64,000 nucleotides of DNA from an uncultured Flavobacteriaceae bacterium (lineage in GTDB: Bacteria; Bacteroidota; Bacteroidia; Flavobacteriales; Flavobacteriaceae): assembly GCA_913048115.1 (NCBI GenBank), contig CAJWVI010000002.1, forward strand, positions 50,095-114,094. Direction: 5' to 3'. The position numbers and the translations under genes were made by a program. Shown in pieces: positions 1 through 10,400 of the stretch; within the stretch, counting starts at the first letter, position 1, and each line of letters opens with the position of its first letter. The notes beneath the pieces are model-generated. The model was not told the DNA's origin. It did not search any database and saw nothing but the letters and a program-made list of their open reading frames with translations.

Positions 1-90
1 GTGAGTATTTTGTTGCTTAAGCATCAATAAAACCAAATGTGTGCGAATAAAAACCCCTAAAGATCTCTTTAGTAATACCTAAATTACAGT

Positions 91-98
91 TACTTTTG
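91..98 (+). promoter_or_regulatory. Bacteroidota -7 promoter element (TACTTTTG)
   Basis: Exact TAnnTTTG match about 130 nt upstream of the likely start at 230. Confidence 0.5.
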
Positions 99-229
99 AG
101 CCCAGAACATATGCATAAATAAAAAATATGTTACTGGAGGTATCGTCTATTTTTTTAACTGAGTGTTGCAGACAAAAATACTTGACCTCTATTGTTCTTT
201 ATACCACGAAAAAAAACAACCTTTTTATT

Positions 230-808
230 ATGAATATTAAAACATTCTTCAGTACGCTACTTTTACTTTGTGCCATGGTAACATCAGCGCAAAATCAAAA
301 AGCACAAGACAATACTATTGAAGCACAATTTGCACGTGTTATAGACAAGTCTAATAACTATCAAGAATACAAAGTTATTAGAAGATCTAAGCTAGCAACA
401 TTGAGAAAAAATATTTTAGACTCTCTAGCAGCATTAGAAACAGCAATTGAAAGAAAAGATGCGACAATCACCTCTCAGTCAAGTACTATTAACACTTTAG
501 AAGCTACATTAAATAGCACACAAAATAACCTAAACACCTCTAAAGCAAAAGAAGACACAATTACTCTATTTGGTATAAGCACAAAGAAAGGAAGCTATAA
601 CTTTATATTATTTTCTATTATTAGCTTTTTACTTCTTGGCTTATTCTTTTTTATTCTTAAATACAAGAACAGTAATACCATAACAAAAGAAACTAATTAT
701 AAGCTTTCAGAAATTGAGGGAGAGTTTGAAAACTATCGCCAAAAGAAATTAGAGGATGAACAAATATTAAGAAGAAAGCTACAAGACGAAATAAACAAGA
801 AAAAATAA
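230..808 (+). CDS. Conserved hypothetical protein: signal peptide, coiled coil, C-terminal TM helix
   Basis: Likely start is ATG 230 (MNIKTFFSTLLLLCAMVTSAQ, a signal peptide) rather than 128; heptad-rich middle; hydrophobic segment FILFSIISFLLLGLFFFIL. Confidence 0.8.
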   Translation: MNIKTFFSTLLLLCAMVTSAQNQKAQDNTIEAQFARVIDKSNNYQEYKVIRRSKLATLRKNILDSLAALETAIERKDATITSQSSTINTLEATLNSTQNNLNTSKAKEDTITLFGISTKKGSYNFILFSIISFLLLGLFFFILKYKNSNTITKETNYKLSEIEGEFENYRQKKLEDEQILRRKLQDEINKKK

Positions 809-838
809 AACCACATACTATTTTGACTTTGTTGAAAC

Positions 839-875
839 AAAAACCCCAAACACATAATTGTGTTTGGGGTTTTTT
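839..875. terminator. Bidirectional intrinsic terminator
   Basis: aaaccccaaacaca-taat-tgtgtttggggttt with A and T tails, between convergent genes. Confidence 0.9.
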
Positions 876-901
876 TATGATGTACCATCTTAAAAAGGTA
901 T

Positions 902-2215
902 CTAAGACTCTAATCTAGTAATCTTCGCTCCTATGGCACGCAAACGCTCGTCTATATTTTCATAACCACGATCTATTTGCTCTATGTTATGAATGGTGCT
1001 TGTACCTTTTGCCGAAAGAGCCGCAATTAATAATGAAATACCTGCGCGTATGTCTGGTGAAACCATTGTTGTTGCCTTTAACATAGACTCAAAGTTATGC
1101 CCTATTACAGTAGCACGGTGTGGATCACATAAAATAATACGAGCCCCCATATCAATTAATTTGTCTACAAAAAACAAACGGCTTTCAAACATTTTTTGAT
1201 GAATAAGCACACTACCTTTGGCTTGTGTACATACTACCAAGACAATACTCAATAAGTCTGGTGTAAAACCTGGCCAAGGAGCATCTGCAACCGTTAAGGT
1301 AGAACCATCTATATACCCTTGTATTTCATAACTTTCTTGAGAAGGAATATAAATATCATCTCCCCTTCTCTCTAAATTAATTCCTAGTTTTCTAAAGGTA
1401 TTTGGGATGATACCTAAGTTATCCCAACTTACATCTTTAATAGTAATTTCACTGTGTGTCATAGCAGCTAAGCCAATCCAACTACCGATTTCAATCATAT
1501 CTGGAAGAACACGGTGACTGCAGCCTCCTAATTGTTTAACACCTTCAATGATTAACATATTAGAACCCACCCCTTTAATGTCTGCCCCCATGGAGTTTAA
1601 CATCTTACACAATTGTTGAAGGTATGGTTCACACGCTGCATTATAAATAGTTGTAGTTCCTTTGGCTAAAACGGCAGCCATTACAATATTTGCAGTACCT
1701 GTTACAGAAGCTTGATCTAGTAACATATATGAGCCTGTAAGACCATTTGGAGCCTCAACGCCATAAAAACGATCTTCTTTATTATATCTAAAGGTGGCAC
1801 CTAGCTTAATAAAGCCCTCAAAGTGAGTGTCCAGTCTTCTTCTACCAATTTTGTCACCTCCTGGGCGTGGAATATAACCTTTTCCAAAACGAGCTAAGAG
1901 AGGTCCTACAATCATTATAGAACCGCGCAATGAGCTCCCCTCCTTTTTAAAAAGTTCAGACTCAAGATAGCCTAGGTTAATATCATCTGCTTTAAATGAG
2001 AATTTTCCTTTTCCTAGTTTTATAACTTTAACACCCAAATTACCTAAGATACCTATGAGTTTATTAACATCTACGATATCTGGTATGTTCTCTATAATTA
2101 CCTCATCTGGAGTTAATAAAACAGCACAAACTATTTGCAAGGCTTCATTTTTTGCGCCTTGTGGATGGATGTCACCTTTTAACTTGTGTCCTCCTTCGAT
2201 TTTAAAAGTTCCCAT
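902..2215 (-). CDS. murA: UDP-N-acetylglucosamine 1-carboxyvinyltransferase
   Basis: GAKNEAL, LRGS, PGGDKIGRR, PWPGFTPD, PDIRAG, IDRGYE motifs; Asp at the position of the fosfomycin-target Cys. Confidence 0.97.
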   Translation of the reverse strand: MGTFKIEGGHKLKGDIHPQGAKNEALQIVCAVLLTPDEVIIENIPDIVDVNKLIGILGNLGVKVIKLGKGKFSFKADDINLGYLESELFKKEGSSLRGSIMIVGPLLARFGKGYIPRPGGDKIGRRRLDTHFEGFIKLGATFRYNKEDRFYGVEAPNGLTGSYMLLDQASVTGTANIVMAAVLAKGTTTIYNAACEPYLQQLCKMLNSMGADIKGVGSNMLIIEGVKQLGGCSHRVLPDMIEIGSWIGLAAMTHSEITIKDVSWDNLGIIPNTFRKLGINLERRGDDIYIPSQESYEIQGYIDGSTLTVADAPWPGFTPDLLSIVLVVCTQAKGSVLIHQKMFESRLFFVDKLIDMGARIILCDPHRATVIGHNFESMLKATTMVSPDIRAGISLLIAALSAKGTSTIHNIEQIDRGYENIDERLRAIGAKITRLES

Positions 2216-2232
2216 AGATTGTGGTAAGAAGT

Positions 2233-2907
2233 TTAGTAGCGTTTGCGGCCTCTATTGTTATTATTGTTATTGCTGTGTTTCTTGTAATTGTTACTTGTAG
2301 AGGTAGTAGTACTTGTGTCAGCAAACCGATTTTTTGTTTTCAGTAATATTGCAGAGTTTCTTAATACTTCATCGCTCCCTTTAAGGTTAAGTTTCCCTTC
2401 AGAAAGCTCAAACAAATGAACAAAGATTACATCATCTTCGACAGTATCTTTATTCCAGTTTAAGAAACATTTTTTCATGTGATTGGCAATAGTTAATACC
2501 AGACCATCTTTTTTATCTCCATCTTCCCAACCAATAGCAACATCAATCATACGTTTGATATTATTACCATAGAAACGATATTTTGGATAATTTTGAGGAT
2601 ATTCTAATCCTACTGGAAGTTCTCGCAAGGCTTCTGCAGAGGGCTTCTCATAAGGAGATTCTACATCGAGTTTAAAATCTGAAATGATGAATAATTGATC
2701 CCAAAGTTTGTGTTGGAAATCTGCAACATCACGTAAGTGAGGATTTAGATTACCCATCACAGAAATGATGCTCTTTGCTTGTTTATTTCGTTTTTCAACG
2801 TCCTGTTCAGCAACAGCTTGATCAACCATTTTCTGGATATGACGACCATATTCTGGAATAATCAAATGCGGGCGCTCTGTATTATATTCTATATCTGTAA
2901 AAAACAT
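2233..2907 (-). CDS. DUF4290 domain protein
   Basis: EYNTERPHLIIPEYGRHIQKMV and HKLWDQLFIIS signature; directly upstream of murA. Confidence 0.85.
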   Translation of the reverse strand: MFFTDIEYNTERPHLIIPEYGRHIQKMVDQAVAEQDVEKRNKQAKSIISVMGNLNPHLRDVADFQHKLWDQLFIISDFKLDVESPYEKPSAEALRELPVGLEYPQNYPKYRFYGNNIKRMIDVAIGWEDGDKKDGLVLTIANHMKKCFLNWNKDTVEDDVIFVHLFELSEGKLNLKGSDEVLRNSAILLKTKNRFADTSTTTSTSNNYKKHSNNNNNNRGRKRY

Positions 2908-2971
2908 GTGTTGTATTTATAAATTGGGGATTGTGTAACTTGAAGTAATTATATATGGCAAAATACAAATT

Positions 2972-3259
2972 TTATAAAGAAATTACTCCTTCCACCTTAG
3001 AAACTTGTTTGTATTTTTTAATCACTTCCTCTGCAGAGGCCATCACTACTTTAATAGAAAGACTTGTATAGGCACCTTTGCTAGAATCACGAGTGTTAAT
3101 TTGAGCATTTGTGTTATTAAAAACCGCCTCAATTTGTGCGATTTTTTGAGCATTTCCTGGCACAATAAATTTATATAGATAAGGAGCTGGCCAAATTGTG
3201 CCAGCTTTTAATTGCTCTAGTAATCTAGTGTAAAATTCTTCTGTTTTAGTATCTTCCAT
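2972..3259 (-). CDS. DUF493 family protein (YbeD-like)
   Basis: WPAPYLYKFIVP and SSKGAYTSLSI motifs, 95 aa. Confidence 0.85.
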   Translation of the reverse strand: MEDTKTEEFYTRLLEQLKAGTIWPAPYLYKFIVPGNAQKIAQIEAVFNNTNAQINTRDSSKGAYTSLSIKVVMASAEEVIKKYKQVSKVEGVISL

Positions 3260-3422
3260 ATCGTATTTGTTCTGAAATATAAAAGGGTTTATACCTTCTT
3301 TAAATGTATTGGTATGATATAATATACGCCTCTAATATTATTCCACAAAGATACACTTTCAACATCAATATAAATTAACGTACTTTGTGGTTTAGAAATA
3401 TTTATAATACGCATATTTAGCA

Positions 3423-3965
3423 GTGGACACAAAAAGAATTGTCATTACCGGAGGACCTGGATCTGGAAAAACCACCTTGATAGAACATATTGAAAGCTTA
3501 GGCTATACCTGTATGCATGAGGTGTCACGCCAAATAATTAATGAAGCCCGTAAAGAGGGCATAGACCAATTATTTTTAAAAGACCCGATGCTTTTTAGCC
3601 AAAAGCTTTTAGACAGTAGGATACTCCAATTTAAGCAAGCATCGAAACTAGAACCTGGCTATATCTTTTACGATAGAGGCACACCAGATGTGACTGCCTA
3701 CATGGATTTTATAGCATCAAGCTATCCTGCATCTTTTGAGGCTCCATGTTTTACTCATACCTATGATGCCGTTTTCTTATTACCTCCTTGGGAGGCTATC
3801 TATACAAAAGATAGTGAGCGTTATGAAACCTTTGAGCAGGCAAAAAACATACATAAATCATTACTAAAAGGATATGATAAATATGGGTACACAGTGATCG
3901 AAGTACCTCAAGCCAGTATAGAACAGCGAAGCAACTTTATTTTTAATTACTTAAAAGAAAATTAG
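3423..3965 (+). CDS. AAA_28/NadR-like P-loop nucleotide kinase/ATPase
   Basis: ITGGPGSGKTT Walker A, DRG motif, YDAVFLLPPW; GTG start. Confidence 0.85.
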   Translation: MDTKRIVITGGPGSGKTTLIEHIESLGYTCMHEVSRQIINEARKEGIDQLFLKDPMLFSQKLLDSRILQFKQASKLEPGYIFYDRGTPDVTAYMDFIASSYPASFEAPCFTHTYDAVFLLPPWEAIYTKDSERYETFEQAKNIHKSLLKGYDKYGYTVIEVPQASIEQRSNFIFNYLKEN

Positions 3966-5863
3966 TGAAACACCCCCAAGACATATTGCAACAATACTGG
4001 GGTCACACTTCTTTTAGGCCAAAACAAGAAGCTATTATTACCTCGGTATTAGACGGTAAAGACACTGTAGCTTTATTACCCACTGGTGGCGGAAAATCTA
4101 TTTGTTTTCAAATTCCAGCACTTGCACAAGAGGGTATCTGTATTGTTATTTCTCCCTTGGTTGCCTTAATGACAGACCAAGTAAAGAACTTGCAAGAAAA
4201 AGGAATTAAAGCCCTTGCTATCACTGGGGGGAAGTCATTTACAGAGGTTAACACCCTACTAGACAATGCCAGCTTCGGAAATTATAAATTCTTGTATATC
4301 TCTCCAGAAAGGTTGCAACAAGAACTTGTTCAAAACACCATTAAACGTATGAATGTAAATTGCATCGCTGTTGATGAGGCGCACTGCATATCACAATGGG
4401 GAAACGATTTTAGACCTGCTTACAAAAACATCACTATTCTAAGAGAGCTACAACCCTTAGCTCCTATTATTGCGCTAACAGCTACAGCGACTCCAGAGGT
4501 CTTAAAGGACACAATCAAGGCCTTAGAAATGGAACTGCCAGCTATATTTCAAGACTCTTTTGTACGCCCTAATATAGCGTATAACACCCTTGAAGTAGAA
4601 GATAAATTATACCATATAGAACAACTTCTTTCTACTAATAGAAAAGCGGCTATTATATATGTACGCACCAGAAGAAGTGCTGTAGAAACAAGCAATCATT
4701 TAAATAGTTTAGGGATTAAGAGTGATTTTTTTCATGGCGGAATTCCTGCTCAAGAAAAAACAAAAAAATTAGAAGCCTGGAAAAAGGGCACAACACCAAC
4801 TATGGTAGCTACTAATGCCTTTGGTATGGGCATAGATCATGCTACAGTTGCGCATGTTATACATATACAATTACCAGAAAGCCTGGAGAGTTATTTTCAA
4901 GAAGCTGGGCGAGCAGGACGCGATGGTAAGCCCGCAGCAGCCACACTTCTATTTAATGATTATGACAAACTACTTGTAAAAAAACAGTTTATAGCTTGTT
5001 TGGCAGATGTAGACATGCTAAAGTTAATCTATAGAAAACTAAGCAACTATCTTCAAATTTCTTATGGTGAAGGTGTTTTTACAACACATGCCTTTAATTT
5101 TTCAGACTTTTGCAAAACCTACTCCATAAATACACTACACGTTTTTAATGGCTTGAACACACTTGACAGGCTAGGTGTTTTACAACTCTCTAAGGAATTT
5201 GGACGCAGCACCAAATTAAAATTCTTAGTTCACACAAATACAGCGCTTGATTATTTTAAACATGATGTGCTTGCCTCTATTGTTGGCAAAACTATCTTAC
5301 GTCTTTATGGAGGTGTCTTTGAAACCATGACTTCTGTAAATTTAGAATTACTGCAGTCTAAAACCAGTCAATCTCAACCCGTTATTATTGAAACATTGCA
5401 GAAACTAGAAGCTGCAAATATCATAGAACTATACCTTAACATTACAGACGCTGCTATCACTTTTTTAAAACCTAGAGAAGATGAAAAAACCATTAATGTT
5501 ATAGCCAGAGAGGTGGTCGCTCATAACGATAAAAAGAAACTACAAGTACAACAGGTATTAAATTATGTTGCCAATGAGGATGTTTGCAGGAGCACACAAC
5601 TGGTATCTTATTTTGGAGAAACTACAGCAACTCCATGTGGCATTTGTTCTGTATGTACTTCAAAAAACAAAAAGTATAATAAAAAAGCACTCCAAGAAAT
5701 TAGCAAAGAGGTTTTGGCTCAGGTACAAACAAATCCAAAAACATCAAGAGAAATACTGGAGAGGGTTGGCCATCCAGAAAAAGTTGTCTTGCAAGTCATT
5801 ACTTTATTGTTAGGAAACGATAGTATGGGTTTAGATACCAATAACAGGTACTACAGAAGATAA
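3965..5863 (+). CDS. recQ: RecQ-family ATP-dependent DNA helicase (no HRDC domain evident)
   Basis: LPTGGGKSICFQ, DEAHCISQWG, ALTATA, ATNAFGMGID, QEAGRAGRDG; Zn site CRS...CGICSVC. Confidence 0.93.
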   Translation: MKHPQDILQQYWGHTSFRPKQEAIITSVLDGKDTVALLPTGGGKSICFQIPALAQEGICIVISPLVALMTDQVKNLQEKGIKALAITGGKSFTEVNTLLDNASFGNYKFLYISPERLQQELVQNTIKRMNVNCIAVDEAHCISQWGNDFRPAYKNITILRELQPLAPIIALTATATPEVLKDTIKALEMELPAIFQDSFVRPNIAYNTLEVEDKLYHIEQLLSTNRKAAIIYVRTRRSAVETSNHLNSLGIKSDFFHGGIPAQEKTKKLEAWKKGTTPTMVATNAFGMGIDHATVAHVIHIQLPESLESYFQEAGRAGRDGKPAAATLLFNDYDKLLVKKQFIACLADVDMLKLIYRKLSNYLQISYGEGVFTTHAFNFSDFCKTYSINTLHVFNGLNTLDRLGVLQLSKEFGRSTKLKFLVHTNTALDYFKHDVLASIVGKTILRLYGGVFETMTSVNLELLQSKTSQSQPVIIETLQKLEAANIIELYLNITDAAITFLKPREDEKTINVIAREVVAHNDKKKLQVQQVLNYVANEDVCRSTQLVSYFGETTATPCGICSVCTSKNKKYNKKALQEISKEVLAQVQTNPKTSREILERVGHPEKVVLQVITLLLGNDSMGLDTNNRYYRR

Positions 5864-5918
5864 ATTTATTGAGTTTTAAACATAAAACTCACAGCTTTTT
5901 GTCTGTAAGGGATATACC

Positions 5919-6305
5919 TTACTTTAACCTATTTCTTACATATTCTATGGTGGTTTTTCCATGAGCTTTTGGTTTACCATCTATACTTAAGCTTACCATT
6001 ACAATGGTATCTATGGTTATAATTACTTCACGAGTCATGACATTTCTAACCTCACAGGCTAGGGTTATAGAAGTGCCTCCAAATTTAATTGCCCCTATTC
6101 CAATTTCAATAATATCTCCTTTTACAGCAGAGCTTTTAAAGTTAATCTCACTCATATACTTGGTAACCGTCTTGGGATTTTCTAGCTGTATAATGGCATA
6201 TAAAGCGGCTTCTTCATCAATCCATTGTAATAGCCTACCTCCAAATAAGGTTCCATTTGGATTTAAGTCTTCTGGTTTAATCCATTTTCTAGTATGAAAA
6301 TTCAT
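5919..6305 (-). CDS. Acyl-CoA thioesterase (hotdog fold)
   Basis: PEDLNPNGTLFGGRLLQWIDE motif. Confidence 0.9.
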   Translation of the reverse strand: MNFHTRKWIKPEDLNPNGTLFGGRLLQWIDEEAALYAIIQLENPKTVTKYMSEINFKSSAVKGDIIEIGIGAIKFGGTSITLACEVRNVMTREVIITIDTIVMVSLSIDGKPKAHGKTTIEYVRNRLK

Positions 6306-6560
6306 GTGTTTAATTTTAGCTTAAAGATACTTTATATATAATTTTTAAAATCATAAACTGTTATAAATAAAGGGATGATTAAAGGTGATATAGAGCGCCT
6401 AAAACTATAAAACCTGTTTTTATATTACTATGTATTATGATTTAGACTCATATATGGGCTACAATTTCAATAATCTAAAAAAAATCGAAAAGTTTGTAAC
6501 ATATTTACTGTAAGGTAGACTTATTCTCACATAACGTTAATACTATACAACAAGACAATT

Positions 6561-7322
6561 ATGAAAACACTAAGAACTTTATTTATAGCGATTATTTTGA
6601 TGGCTGTAGCACCTATGACAGCCCAAACTGCTGATGAGATTTTAAACAATTACTTTGAAAACACTGGCGGAATATCTGCATGGAATGCCTTAGAGGGTAC
6701 TAAAATGATTGGATCTGCTAATGCTCAAGGAATGGAAATCCCTATAGAGATGTACCAAATGAAAGATGGTAAGCAATTACTTAAGATCAATATCCAAGGA
6801 CAAGAGATGACACAATATTCTTTTGATGGTGAAACAATGTGGACGACTAACTTTATGACAATGCTTCCAGAGAAAAGTGATGCAGAAACTACAGACAACA
6901 TGAAAAAAAATGTAGGTGATTTTCCATCACCGTTTCTAAACTATAAAGAAAAAGGATACACTGTTGAGTACCTTGGTAAAGAAACCAAAGAAGGAACAGA
7001 GACTTTTAAAATGAAATTAACACAAAAGCCAGTTATGGTCGATGGAGTAGAAGAGCCAACGGTATCATTCTATTATTTTGAAACAGAAAACTATGTACCT
7101 ATCATGAGTGAATCTCAAATTCCATCTGGACCTCAAAAAGGACAAATGTCGGTTTCAAACTTTAGTGACTATCAAGAAGTAGGTGGATTGTATTTTCCAT
7201 TTTCAATCTCTATGAGCGGTCAAGGAATTACCATGAAAGAAATTGTTTTAAACCCTGAGGCTGATGCAACAATGTTTGCATTTCCTACTGCGGTTGAAGA
7301 AAAAATAGAAGACAAAAAGTAA
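6561..7322 (+). CDS. LolA-like 'outer membrane lipoprotein-sorting' family protein
   Basis: Signal peptide; TADEILNNYFENTGG start; FDGETMW and SDYQEVGGLYFPF motifs. Confidence 0.75.
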   Translation: MKTLRTLFIAIILMAVAPMTAQTADEILNNYFENTGGISAWNALEGTKMIGSANAQGMEIPIEMYQMKDGKQLLKINIQGQEMTQYSFDGETMWTTNFMTMLPEKSDAETTDNMKKNVGDFPSPFLNYKEKGYTVEYLGKETKEGTETFKMKLTQKPVMVDGVEEPTVSFYYFETENYVPIMSESQIPSGPQKGQMSVSNFSDYQEVGGLYFPFSISMSGQGITMKEIVLNPEADATMFAFPTAVEEKIEDKK

Positions 7323-7338
7323 TTACATTACTGGTCAT

Positions 7339-7370
7339 AAAAATCCTCGCAACACGTGAGGATTTTTTTT
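7339..7370 (+). terminator. Intrinsic terminator or stabilising hairpin
   Basis: aaaaatcctc-gcaacacgt-gaggattttt plus T tail. Confidence 0.8.
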
Positions 7371-7440
7371 ATCTAAAAAGCACCTATTTTTATAGGGTAG
7401 TTATCAATAACACACATTAACTAACTAAAATATTTATATC

Positions 7441-10400
7441 ATGAAAAAAATATTCATTTTTTTCTTATTGGCCCTTACATTTTCATTTACGGGAAATGCT
7501 CAAGAAGAAATCTCACTCAAAGGAAAACAATTGTTTGGTGACATGCGTGCCCGCCAAATAGGACCAGCATTAATGAGTGGTCGTATCAATGACCTTGAAA
7601 GCCACCCAACAAATCCTCGCATTATCTATGCAGGAACTGCAGGTGGTGGGGTTTGGAAATCTAATGATGGTGGCGCAACCTTCGCTCCTATTTTTGATGA
7701 GCATGTTCAATCTATTGGTGTAGTAACTCTAGACCCAACAAATCCAGATCAAAATATCTGGGTTGGTACTGGAGAGACCTGGACACGTAATTCTGTCTCT
7801 ATTGGAGACGGTTTGTTTAAATCTATAGATGGAGGTGCTAATTTTGAAGAAGTTCCTGGTTTTGAAAATAGTGAACGTATCACCTCTGTGGTTATTAACC
7901 CAAAAAACAATCAAGAAATTTATGTGGGTGTTTTAGGAGCCCTATGGGGAGACAGTACAGATAGGGGTGTTTACAAAACTACAGATGGCGGTGCCTCCTG
8001 GAATAACATATTATATGTAGGTCCCTCAACAGGAGCCAGCGATGTAATTATGGACCCAACAAACCCAAATATATTATATGCTTCAATGTGGCAGTTTAGA
8101 CGCTCTGGATGGGGGTTTAACTCTGGAGGAATAAACAGCGCTCTTTACAAGTCTACAAATGGTGGTGCTTCTTGGGATAAAATACACACTGGTTTCCCTA
8201 CTGGACAACTAGGTAGGATTGCTGTTGCGGTTGCTCCAAGTGATGCTAGTATTTTATATGCTGTTTTAGAAACAGAAGATAAAAGCAAGAATGGACTCTG
8301 GAAATCTTTAAACGCAGGAAAATCTTGGGAGCATTTAAACAATGACTTTGGTTTGGTTGTTAGACCCTTCTATTTTTCTAGAATTGTAATAGATCCTAAA
8401 AACCCAGACATCGTTTTAAAAGGAGGATTAAATGGTTCTATAAGTCGAGATGGTGGCGCTACATTTAAAAACTTAGGAAACATGCACAGTGACATTCATG
8501 ACTTAGCTTTTCATATAAATGATAGCGACATGATTTTCTCTGGAACAGATGGAGGTGTATACCGCTCCTGGAATGGAGGTACTACCTTTGAAATTGTTGA
8601 AAACCTTCCTCTGTCTCAATTTTATCACATTAGTGTAGATGATGCAGTACCATACAATGTGTATGGAGGCCTTCAAGACAATGGTTCCTGGTACGGACCT
8701 TCTTCCTCTCCTGGAGGAGTAAACGCAAGAGACTGGAATAGTGTTGGATATGGTGATGGCTTTAGAGTTTTAAAACATCCCACCAAAAATATTGTGTACT
8801 CAGAAATGCAAGGTGCAGAAAACGTATGGCGTTATGATATAGATCGTAACCGTACTAAAACCATACAACCATTGCCTAAAAAAGGGGATCCAGAATTGCG
8901 TTTTAACTGGAATGCTCCAATGGCAGTAAGCAATCATCAGCCAGACAGGTTTTACATGGCTAGCCAGTTTTTACATGTAAGTGAAAACATGGGAGATTCT
9001 TGGACAATTATCTCTCCAGACTTAACCACTAATGATAAACAAAAGCAAGATCAGTCAAAATCTGGTGGACTTTCTGTAGACAATAGTGGCGCAGAAAACC
9101 ACACTACCATCTTTACTATTGCAGAGTCACCCTTAGACGAAAAAATAATCTGGATAGGAACAGATGATGGAAACGTTCAAGTAACTACAAATGCAGGAGA
9201 GTCTTGGAGTAACGTAACGGCTAACCTAACTGGAATCCCTGCTAATACCTGGGTATACCATATAGAGGCAAGTATACATGGAAAAGGAACAGCATATGCT
9301 GTATTTGATGGCCATACTATGGGAGACATGAAACCATATGCAATGAAAACAACAGACTATGGTAAAACATGGTCTAGCATCATATCAAAAGACATTCAAG
9401 AAAATGCTTTTGTTAGAAACATACAAGAAGATTACGTAAATGAAGATCTCTTATTTTTAGGCACAGAAATGGGCTTATATGTGACTATTGATGGTGGAAA
9501 AGGATGGTCTCACTTTACCAATAACATGCCACCTGTTGCTGTACATTTTATTGACATGCAGAAAAGAACCAATGATATCGTTATGGGAACCCATGGTAGA
9601 GGCGTCATCATCCTTGATGACATTAGCCCACTGCGTGAGTTGAATCAAGACGTACTGTCAAAAAAAGTACACTTCTTTAAAACAAACCCTTTTACAATGT
9701 TGGAAGAAAGTGGCTTTGCAGGTTCTTTTGGCGCTGAAACGCAGTTTGTAGGACCAAACAAATCAACAGCTGCACGTATTATATATTATTTAAAGAAGCG
9801 ACATACCTTTGGTAAAATGACCATGGAACTGCAAGACATGCAAGGAAATAAGGTACTCTCTCTTAATCCAGGTAAGTCAAAAGGAATCAACATCGTTGAC
9901 TGGAATTTCAATACAGCTAATCCTAAAATGGCAGCTGCAAAAACACTCTCTTTTGGAGGGTTTACTTCACCGCGTGTGCCCCAGGGACAGTACAAAGTAG
10001 TGCTTAAAAAAGGAAAGCAAACCTTTGAGCATATCATAGAAACCAAATATGATAGCAACTCGCTAACAAGCCTTGAAGAACGTAAAGAGCAAGAAGCGCT
10101 AACACAAACTATGTTTAATATGGTTGAAGACTTAGCGTATTTAGTGTATAAAATAGGCCAAATACAACAAAAGGCTAACCAGGTAATAGCTGCTAAAGGC
10201 AAGGCAACCAAAGAAGCGCAAAAAATACTAACCACAACAGAGGCGCTTCGTAAAGATTTAGTTATAACATCGGGAGATAACTATGTGGCAACAGCAGAAC
10301 CAGAATTGCGTGAGCGTATGGGAGCATTATATAGCAATATTGCTACTAGTTATGATCGTGTTGATGGATCTTTAAAAAGTAACTTTGAGTTGATCAATGA

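Noticed and set aside
1-24. Possible start of a minus-strand gene (ATG at 24, MLKQQNTH) running off the left edge
   Set aside because: Only 8 codons are visible; it cannot be supported or identified
128-229. N-terminal extension of the first ORF as given in the track
   Set aside because: The signal peptide and A-rich initiation context fit ATG 230; the extension looks like leader sequence
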